The notes under the pieces are model-generated. The model made no database searches, was not told where the DNA came from, and saw only the letters and a program-made list of their open reading frames with translations. A DNA stretch of 61,320 nucleotides, the filler included, from Sphacelaria rigidula (lineage: Eukaryota): the NCBI GenBank assembly GCA_964200075.2. It is 9 parts of 9 records of this genome, joined end to end, with 100 filler letters (N's around TTAATTAATTAA, not from the genome) between each part and the next. Parts side by side here need not be neighbours in the genome. Positions count along the whole stretch, not along the records: positions 47,773 to 54,496 come from CAXNAA020018406.1; positions 54,597 to 61,320 come from CAXNAA020018407.1; 7 more parts are not named here. One strand, 5' to 3'. Position 1 is the first letter of the stretch. Every line of letters begins with the position of its first letter. Below are positions 52,307-61,320 of the stretch, piece by piece. A program made the translations under genes and the position numbers.

Positions 52307-53420
52307 CTGTAAACAAGCGTGCAGCACCGAGGCAAACCACTTTTGTTGGTGTACTACCATGCGAGGTTGCCAACATGTCTCCTGCCATTCAAGGCGAAGG
52401 ATGCCAGAGGGTGACCAAAACGTCTTCTGGTGAATATCCTCGGTGGAAACAACCACGAATACATATATAAAATTATGTGCATATATGTGTGTGCATGTTC
52501 CCACCAACCATGACCTACCGGACGATCCGCTTGCTTCTGCCCGATTGGTACCATGGGGCAATACTCCTCTATCACCTTTCTGAACGGCGAACTTGTAGCA
52601 AAGATGAGGCTCAACGCGGAGTGAGCTCCAGCTAAGGTACAGTGTATTCCGCGAGGTTTGAAACGGACCCCGACGACCGTATACTGAACCGTAAATCCTT
52701 TCCAACGAAGGAACTCTAGGAGCTGGCCTGAGCGAAGATGAGCAAGCATCACCGGAGTTTTCCTGTGTACGATTCGAGCGCCAGGATTTGGACTAATGCA
52801 CCCCTCTAGACGTAGTGTCCTAAACAAAGGCATACGTTCTTTGGGGGAGAGAAGAGTCCGCTCTCGTATCCAGGTATCCGTTTACTTCTCATATCGGAAA
52901 AAAATCACTTTTAGGCGGCGTCACGAATTTCGAGATGAGAGTCGAAACTAGGGGAAAAAAAAAAACACCAAAGTACAGCAACGAACAAAGTATGGTGCCT
53001 CGATAGTACATGTGCCAAATTTTGACGCATGAATCATGACTGAAGCAAGGAAAGAGGATTATTCGGAGCTGAAAATATTTCATGCGATCTCCTGGACGAA
53101 CCACGAAGTAAAATTTGTTGTCACAGGTGCATTCGAAATGTCAAGAACACGAAATTTGCTCTTTTTTCATTTCACTTCGAGATCAAGATATTCGAACAAT
53201 CGGCTTTTTTCGGAACAGTTGATTGCCACGCGAGGACCATTTTCTACAGTAGCAGGCACACTTACGTGTAAATCTTGTGCAAAAAAATGAAACTTCCGAC
53301 GATTCGAAAAATATTATTATAGTACCAGCTCTTTTGGGAACTCCATACGATAGGAAAAGTGCTGTTCTTGAGTTCTTGTGCAGTCTCGGTGCACCTTTTC
53401 AAGGGGGGGGCGAGGGGGCG

Positions 53421-53718
53421 GGGGGGTTCTCATGATCTTGCGTGCCGTAGTCATACGACCAATGATCTCGCTTCCCTACAAAACCGGGACGGAGCACGCC
53501 GGAATTCCGCCAGACCTGGCTCGCATTCACCAAGCGCGCGCCGTGATGTGATCGGCGAGTCGAATGAAGGGTGAGGTGCGCCCTACCACGATTGTTCCGC
53601 CCGAGGCGTCCCCATTATCTTGCATTTGGACGACAGCCTCAAATGAGTTGCTTCACTTTCTGGTATCGCCGCTGCCAGAGACAGCCACTGATTACACTGC
53701 CTCATGGGTGTCTCCCCA
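53421..53718 (+). repeat. Poly-G-anchored repeat family A, full length (~300 bp)
   Basis: Colinear with 59401-59702; runs from GGGGGGTTCTCATGA to TCATGGGTGTCTCCCC. Confidence 0.88.
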
Positions 53719-54088
53719 TCAAACACTACGTACTACGATCATCCAATTTGCGCGGAGTTGAAGTTCTCCACCCCGAGCAAAATTATAAAACCCGACCATC
53801 ATCATGTTTACCGCAAAAATTTGCAAGGGAGGGAGAAAACTGTAACCTGCTTGTAGCTTAGGCAGTGAAGGCCGTGTTTTACAGCGCCGTTGCCGACTGA
53901 CGCCAACTCTCAAAGGGGGGGGGGGGGGGGGGGGGTTAATGGATGTGCCGGGGGGGGTTTGATTTGGCTTTCGCTACCCACCACCGGCGGGCGGGGGGGA
54001 GGGGGGGTTCGCCNNNNNNNNNNTGGTTGGGTTTGGGCGGGTGGGTGGGTTGGTGGTGGGGAGGGGGGGGGGCGGTGGGGAGACGGTG

Positions 54089-54199
54089 TGGTACTCATGA
54101 TCTTGCCGCGGTGGTATTCATATGGATCTCGCATCCCTACACAGCCGGGACGGAGGACGCCGGGTTTTCGCCAGACCAAGCTCGCAATCGCCAAGCGCA
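54089..54199 (+). repeat. Poly-G-anchored repeat family A, truncated copy
   Basis: GGTACTCATGATCTTGCC..CTCGCATCCCTACACAGCCGGGACGGAGGACGCCGGG..CCAAGCGC. Confidence 0.8.
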
Positions 54200-54267
54200 C
54201 TTTCGAAGGGAAGCGGGTAAGGGGGAGGAGGGGGAGGTAGTTCGAGATAAAGCTACCATCCATGTTG

Positions 54268-54496
54268 TAGTGTGTGTGTTGTTGTCCCATCTATTCTGGA
54301 CGCCGGTCTACACCTTTCGGTATATGTGGGCGGATCAGCCGTGGTCACACAGGAGGAAGGTCAACACAGGAGTTTTTCTTTTTTCAGTTGTTTTGTAGTA
54401 CCCCACCTTGCTTCTGCGGTGCTTGCCTTTCTTTTTTTTCGCGAGAGGGGTTCAGCAGTCCCTTTCCCTCGTCAACCGTCAAGTCGAATTTGGTGT
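54268..54496 (-). mobile_element. tRNA-derived SINE family, 3' part, cut by the contig end
   Basis: Aligns with 23812-24020 (TCTGGACG..GGTCACACAGGAGG..TTCCCTCGTCAACCGT). Confidence 0.8.
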
Positions 54497-55330
54497 NNNN
54501 NNNNNNNNNNNNNNNNNNNNNNNNNNNNNNNNNNNNNNNNTTAATTAATTAANNNNNNNNNNNNNNNNNNNNNNNNNNNNNNNNNNNNNNNNNNNNAGAG
54601 TGCTCTACGATCAACCACATGTCGTTGCATTCGAGACCCACGCCATCAACCACCGGCAGCAAGAGTCTTGTGGCTTTCACGCAACGCTGTCGGCAGTACG
54701 GCTGGCAGACCGGATCATAGCTACCTCCCGTATGCGCAGCGGTGGTCACGCGAACAGACTGCACCGATTTCGCAAGACCTGTGAAAGCTAGAGAGTTTGA
54801 TTTTCATGAGCTGCATGCACAAGATGAATACGGTTCTGAAAACCTAAAGATGAATACGGTCATTGCTCGTTGTGGAAACAAACTGTGACGGCGAGCACTC
54901 AAGTCATTGTCCATTGTGGAAAAAAGTCAACAGGGCGAGCACTCGCGTCATTGCTCGTGGTAAGAAAAAGTAATGACTCAAGCACACGAGTCATGTTCGT
55001 AAGTGTTTCAAAAAAACATCCAAGAGTGCATTCGTTTCGACGAGTAATGACTCGTCCTACGTGTCATATATTCAGCTACCGTGTCGCCCGTTTGTTTTTC
55101 TCCATCCAGGCTATACATTAGTCACGGTGCAACGACCGATGCTTTGACGATTTATTAGCGTCGCTTACGTGTTTCAAAGTGTGCATTTCGACCGAAACAG
55201 AACACGTTTGTTCAACATATGATTATATATAACAATGTTTTCGTGAGATTGAGAGTAGAGGACACGATTGAGAGCGGTCAAATAATGAGTGAAACAGTAG
55301 TTTCAGCTCCGAAATGCCCCTCCACGAGGC

Positions 55331-55552
55331 CCGAGGTAATGCGTTCAAAGAGGACCGCGTGCTTGGAGGACCGCATCGTGGCTCGAAACACCTCAGAGTC
55401 GACGGTTTTCATAACCAATCGGGCCAGTCCCTGCAGGGACCACACCCCGGAACTTAACACCAACACTTACCCTAACCCTAACCCCAACCATGGGAATGTT
55501 CAAATTCCGATGCGGTCCTCGAAGCACGCGGTCCTCTCACGCATTACACCGG
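55331..55552. mobile_element. MITE with ~40-bp TIRs and internal CCCTAA-like repeats, inserted in an older repeat
   Basis: TAATGCG..GAGGACCGCGTGCTTGGAGGACCGCATCG / CGATGCGGTCCTCGAAGCACGCGGTCCTCTCACGCATTA; second copy at 60104-60320. Confidence 0.85.
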
Positions 55553-57560
55553 ATACGCTTGTTGTTGTAGCCTGCCACTGAAGCCGTTGATATCCCTGAG
55601 TAGGATATCGACGTGTAGCTGTAAGCATACGTCAGCGTGACAGGCAAAAAGGCACACAAGAGATGATTAATGGATCAATTTAAAGCGGATGATAAAACCC
55701 ACTTTCAATCAACGCTCACTCAGTATCATTGTGTATTAGAGTACTATTTCGCAATTACTCGTGCTGGCATCTTTTTCAGCACTTTTCCCTTTTGTACACT
55801 TTGCGCCGAGTATATACCCAAAACCTACTAGTCTTCCCGGTCGGTACACCACAGGACATCCCCAAATGCCGCGTTTGTTTCGTCTTCCGTCATCACACCA
55901 CACCACCGCCATGTTACGAACAACACCGACAAAAGAAGCTGCCTTGAGACGTGAGCGAACACCAACAGAACTCCTGTGTTGTTACTGCTGTACGATGGAC
56001 ACTGAAGCTTCTTGGATTCTTGTTTAAATCCCTGGCATACTATTATGCTGAGTTCGGTGACGAAGACGAGAACAGAAAAAAGACACGAAGGGCGAGACGC
56101 GAAATAGCGCAAGAAAAATCAAACGACACTGCGGTACTACTTGATGGCGCACAAATTTGCAGCACAAAAAGGATCCTCACTTACAAGAAACTTCACCGCG
56201 TACAACAAAAGACCAAGCAAGCGAGGTGAGACCGGCATGGATAAACGTCATGTTTTTTGTCCAAAATGCAATTCACTGTGTTTCTGTTCCCGTCGGCACC
56301 ACCGCGCGGAACCCATACACGTCGAGCCGTCTTTCCTTACACCATCTACTCATCAAGTTCTATGAAAAACTCCACGGGAGAAAGGTAGCATTCGCTCGAG
56401 AGCGCCGCCCCCGCACGGCACGATATCATCAGCAAAACATCAGTTAAGGAGATCGTGTAAAGGAAATGAACGAGCGACAACCACAACGCATAACCAACAC
56501 GATCAACGCCCCCTCGACCAGTTACTTTTCCACGAACACGCGGGAACTGAGCGTTAGAACGCAGGTCTTCGACCTATACGGCGCTATGAGTACCATCATG
56601 CGTGCGTGCGATACCATGATCACGAACAAAATCTACACGACAACACAGTAGTTTGACAACAGGAAAGCGATGATCATCCGTGTACACGCCACAGCAGAGC
56701 ACTTGCCCATGAGCAAGCTCGAAAGCTTTGTACTAAATTATATAGGCAACAGCTTTATTATGAATATGCAACGAGCGACCGCACCCTTCTATCACGTCAC
56801 CATCCTCTTATCCACTCTGTCCACATTGAAACCCCGACATTTCATTCACACCAACACGCACTCACGGCAGAAAACAAAACGTAGTGGACACTATACTGTG
56901 TACATTCATCTCACACCCTGGATATTACATCGTCGAGAATGTGTACCGCGTGCAGTACATGGAAGATCTTGTCCATTATTGCCATAGACGCAATAGTAGA
57001 TACTGTACGCAGTGTACTTGTGGACAAAATGTAAGATATTTTCATGTTATCCAGGGGTGTGGTTCATTTCTCCGACAAAAATGTAAGTAAGGAAGATGCT
57101 GAGATACATGCGGCAGCATGGTTGCCGTGACCACAAGCACGAAATTAGTGTAACTATCACGCAATGCAGTACACCGTTACCCGAAGCATGCAGCACATCA
57201 CACCACAGCACTCAGATCAATACGTGGGCACAACAGAATTTACAACACCGTTCCACACATCACAGTACGCCCCAAACCACGTTGTGATATGTCTACACGT
57301 CATCACACTACGTCGCCATCATTTGTCGTGACGATTCTTCGTGCACAACACAGGGCAATCAGCACTTTCCAGACTCACACTCACCATCCCAACACCAAAA
57401 ATGCACAAGATATCGTAAAATGAAAATGTCGCGTCGGCAAGGATAAAACACACCACCACCAGTGACATGCACAAAATCTTGATACATATGTAATATATGG
57501 TTTCCCAACTCGCGACAAACAGTAAGCAGCACAAAGGGCATGCACAGCAGTTCCTACTGT

Positions 57561-58282
57561 CTACTGGCCAACGGGGATGCACTGAGCGAAGTAGTCGCCC
57601 CTTCCGACGCACTCCGCGCCGTCATCGCAGCAGGTGGGCCCATCCCAGTCCGTCCCACCACATTTTTCCCAAACCGCAGAGCACCCGCCATCGACATCCA
57701 CACTGAAAGGCTCGGCACGCTCTTCGTCAGTCTGAGTCTCGGTTCTCTTCCCGGACTTTTCAGGCTTCCTCTTAGTCCTCCGCTCAGTCTCAGACGACGA
57801 CGTAGTGCTCAGTTCCGAATCGGTCGATGTCGACTCGCCCTCTATCGACTCGCTCTCCATCGACTCGCCCTCCATCGGCTCGCTCTCCATCGACCCCCTC
57901 CATCGACTCGCCCTCCATGGACTCGAAAGAAGGAGGGTACTTGTCAGTTCCCGACGAGTAGGAAGGCGGGTCGTCCATCTCCGATGGTTCAGCTGTGGGC
58001 GTGGGCATAGGCTCGGTTTCTTCCGGCTCCCGCTCGGGGGTTGTGGGTGCAGGGGCGAGCTCGGGCTTCGGTGAGGGTCCAGTGGATCCACCTGGCATGG
58101 AAGGATGGGAAAATGGGGCGCAAGGACACAGGGGGTGGGGGGGGGGGGGGGTGTGTTGGTTTGGCGGCGCGTTGGTTTGTGGGGCGGGGGGGGGGGGGGG
58201 GGNNNNNNNNNNGGATGAGGTTGGGTAGTGAGGTGTTTGGTTGTGGTGGGGTTGTGTGGGGGGGTGGTGGGGTGGGGGGGGT

Positions 58283-58323
<41 letters not shown>

Positions 58324-59857
58324 ACTCATTTGTTGCTTGCTTTAATTTTTTTGCCGTTGAGGGGAGGGCGATGGGTCAGTAGCTCGCCGCTGAAGAGGTT
58401 ACTTTACGCCGGCCGAAGAATCGGTATTTTTGCTCCGCAAGCTGTCGCCAATAGAAAAACAAAGCGACAAAATGCTCTGGTACGATGAGAGAAAATCATG
58501 GATGAAAAAAACGCACCAGGGGTGATGGAGACATCGGCGCAGTTCCAGAACTCCTCAGGGTAACTGTCGCCAACACCGCACATCCCGGGGTCCAGAGTGA
58601 TCCAGTCCTCCTTGTTGGGTGCGCACTCACTAGGCCACGAGGGAGGGTTGAACCCCTCGTACCCAGGGTGGTAACACGAGTTGCCAGTGTCTTCAAGATA
58701 TCACGAGAGATGGGAGGGGAGTGGCAACGACAGGGGGGTCACAGGTTTGTGGAAAACAACACACATGAAAAGAGAACACACGAATGTGACGCTTAGTAAA
58801 ATAGCTGTGCCCCAGGCCACGTGGATGTGAAAACCTGAGCCCCAAACCATAAATCAACTCATTTCACATGTCTGTGCCGAAAAAAAAGTGAAGCAGCTTA
58901 CAGCCAACTACAGACATACGAGTAGAGTAGTACAGAGTGCAACCGCTCACTACCACCCTGACTCGTGATCACCAAACCCATGACCCCACATCGAGCGTCC
59001 ATGTAGCCGTACACCACCTCTGATCTCCCCGATGAGCAAAACTCACAGTAAACCATCTGGATGGTGCATCTCTCGCACGTCAGACCCTTGGGCAGCTGGT
59101 AGCGCGCGGTGACTACATCCCCGGTGGACGTTCCCTCGGGCTTGGACTGGTCCGTCTCTGCGGCCCGGCACGGTGGATCCACGTAGTAGCGACCCGGGTG
59201 GTCAGGATCTATGGGGCTAGCGTCCCCGTCGTCTTCGGCCCGGTCGAGCGGGTACTTGTTGAAGCAGCTCTGCGTGACAGGACCATCGGGCCCGCCCGGG
59301 AGGTCATCGGCGTTACAGATGAAGAACTCCAGATGGCCCTGTTGTGCGGCCCGGTCGGGGAACCGGAAGGGGTAAGGAAAGCGGGGAAGAGGGCGGGAGG
59401 GGGGGTACTCATGATCGTGTACGCCGTAATCATGTGACCAATGACCTCGCATTCCAACGAAGCCGGGACAGAGCACGCCGGGCTTCGTCGGACCAGGCTC
59501 GCTATCAATCACCAAGCGCTAAGCGCCGTGATGTATTCGGCGAGTCGAATGAAGGGTGAGCTGCACCCTGCCAAGATTGCTCGGCCCGAAGCGTACTATA
59601 TCGTCGTGCATGTGGATGGCAGCCTCAAATGAGTTGCTTCATTTCCTGGTATCGCGACTTTCAGAGACAGTAATGGGCTACACATTGCGTCATGGGTGTC
59701 CCACGGGGGGGGGGGGGGGGGGGGGCCATACGGGAAGGGGGGGGGGGAAAAATGGTGTCAAAAACTCACNNNNNNNNNNGGTGGGGGGTGGTGGGTCTGT
59801 GTTTGTGGTTTTTTTTGTGGCGGGTGGTTTGAGGGGGGGAGGGGGGTGGGGGGGGGC

Positions 59858-59897
<40 letters not shown>

Positions 59898-61320
59898 GCC
59901 ATACGGTAAGAGGTGCTGAGAAAATTGGTATCAAAGTCTCATCGGTGTGGTCCACCTTGACCAACAGAGACCGACGACGCTATGCTTTATATGTAGGTCC
60001 ACAGCACCCTGTCGGTTAGAAAGGGGCTGCGGCACAGGGCTACCAAAAACCTCATCAGAGTTGGAAAAAACAAGTGCTTTAGTATCATTCGGCAGCGGGG
60101 GCGGGGTGCAATGCGTGAGAGGACCGTGTGCTTAGAGGACCGCGCCGTAGTTCAAAATACCTCAAGACCGATGTTTTTCAAAACCAATGGGGTCAGTCCC
60201 TGCAGGTACCACGCCCCTGACCCCAAGCCTAACCCTAACCCTAACCCTAACCCTAACCATGGGGGTGTTCAAATTCCGATGCGGTCCTCTAAGCACGCGG
60301 TCCTCTCACGCATTACACGGGGGGGGGGGGGACAACTGCGTCAGCTCAGTGTGGCACCAGCGAATCGCTTGCCCATGGTGTATCGTGAGGAAATAACTTT
60401 ACGGTTGATTGAGCGCAACAAGGCCTATACGTACCTGACTGTGGTGTAGCGACTGGAGGAAGTCAAGATCGTCACGCGAGGCCGACAGACATGACAAACC
60501 TGAGGCTAGGTCCAAAACCTGGATACTCTAACAGATGCCAGCTGTTTTTCAGTGCCACGCAATTTCAACCAGTCGCAACTGGCCGTGTCAATCACTCGCC
60601 GCCGCACGTCGGTGCCCTAATTGGTACATGAATCATCTTGAAGCTGATTAGGGCGGGGTTCGGTGCTCGCACGGAAAGATGCGAGTCCTTTCCGAGCAGT
60701 ATCTTGTTCATTTATTTAAATTTCGACGAAATGTCTTTCAAGTCCTGTTTACATCCTCATCGGGAATTGATTTGACGACGAAATGATGAGTATTCACACC
60801 AGAAACCAAATGCCAAACCCCCTGAGCCATCAGAGCATCTATTATATTCTTGGAAACCACGCAACGGGGAGGGTCTACGCGGGGACAAGCGATTGAGTAC
60901 AGGGATATTTGAGCTCTCATCCCCGCAGCTGCATACGTGAACGAACAACCCCTGGAAATTCGCACGCCCAGGGAAAGTGGCGCGCGGGGGAAGGGGGTGA
61001 CAAGGAGTCCCCTGTAACCGAGGCGATATGAGTGCGGTGTAGCACGGTAGCAGTACTTGTAGAAACTTCAAGGTGTGCATAGATTGTCAGGGGCAATGAG
61101 TGAGTGACCCAGAGGTGAATGTGTTGTGTGTAAGCAAACGTGTAATGCTTGCTCCTCAAGGCACTCTCATGCCGCAAGTAGAGGGAGACTCGGCCAATCA
61201 AGGCTCACCCAGTGGTAGGTGGACATGACGACCTTCATCTCCACCACGGAGCCCTCCGCCAGGGTCTCGAGGACGGGGTACACGCTGTTATCCTGCGCGT
61301 ACTTGTTATCGCCTTCGGGC
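57561..61320 (-). CDS. AA15-type lytic polysaccharide monooxygenase + Pro/Glu/Ser-rich linker + CBM1 (5' end outside the window; frameshift at ~57895); exons >61320-61209, 59338-59047, 58690-58517, 58091-57561
   Basis: ..GSVVEMKVVMSTYHW|GHLEFFICN..SCFNKYPL..ARYQLPKGLTCERCTIQMVY|YTGNSC..YPEEFWNCADVSITP matches the AA15 motifs HxGxxEFxxC, LPxGLTCxxCxxQxxYxxGN and EFxNCAD. All introns are GT-AG and phase-compatible. C-terminal CSAVWEKCGGTDWDGPTCCDDGAECVGRGDYFAQC is a CBM1. Confidence 0.9.
57830..57925 (-). repeat. 15-bp coding minisatellite (MEGES/MESES units) in the LPMO linker
   Basis: CGACTCGCYCTCCAT repeated about six times; the unit at 57891-57903 is only 13 bp. Confidence 0.85.
59401..59702 (+). 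repeat. Poly-G-anchored repeat family A, full length, in an LPMO intron
   Basis: GGGGGTACTCATGA ... TCATGGGTGTCCC, with G-runs on both sides. Confidence 0.88.
60104..60320. mobile_element. MITE with internal (CCCTAA)n, in an LPMO intron
   Basis: TIR GTGCAATGCGTGAGAGGACCG / CGGTCCTCTCACGCATTACAC; about five CCCTAA units at 60228-60258. Confidence 0.85.

Noticed and set aside
6727..54596. Regular ~6.82-kb periodicity of TTAATTAATTAA as a biological repeat or restriction pattern
   Set aside because: It is a synthetic six-frame-stop linker embedded in N runs
55951..56450. Possible Tc1/IS630 transposase remnant (KRILTYKKL)
   Set aside because: No DDE motifs or TIRs identifiable; too weak to call
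53890..60019. Gly- or Pro-rich ORFs around poly-G tracts
   Set aside because: They translate low-quality homopolymer regions that contain internal Ns; intronic or intergenic
49269..61320. Cell-wall gene cluster (sulfotransferase next to LPMO)
   Set aside because: The genes are on different contigs separated by an artificial spacer

Overview
This window is not one locus. It is nine unrelated contigs of 6726-6724 bp, sorted by decreasing length and joined by 100-bp N44-TTAATTAATTAA-N44 spacers, so nothing can be inferred across the spacers. The sequence is eukaryotic, intron-rich and dense in repeats, most consistent with a brown alga (Phaeophyceae; this is an inference). Host genes, all partial: (1) an AA15-type lytic polysaccharide monooxygenase with a C-terminal CBM1 and a frameshift in its repetitive linker; (2) a sulfotransferase-like gene with two GC-AG introns; (3) three exons of a coiled-coil protein; (4) one FKBP exon. 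Mobile DNA: two Ty1/copia remnants (one with a PPT and 3' LTR), an RTE-type LINE fragment, a tRNA-derived SINE family, a 5S rRNA-derived sequence, a non-autonomous hAT element with an 8-bp TSD, and several MITE families with 4-bp TSDs. The most unusual signal is in contig 7 (40949-45296), which holds three almost spacer-less palindromes. Two are about 0.9 kb with diverged arms, and each is followed directly by an in-frame tandem copy of its own arm. A further 570-bp hairpin lies in contig 4. A dispersed repeat family anchored on poly-G runs sits at the axis of one palindrome.
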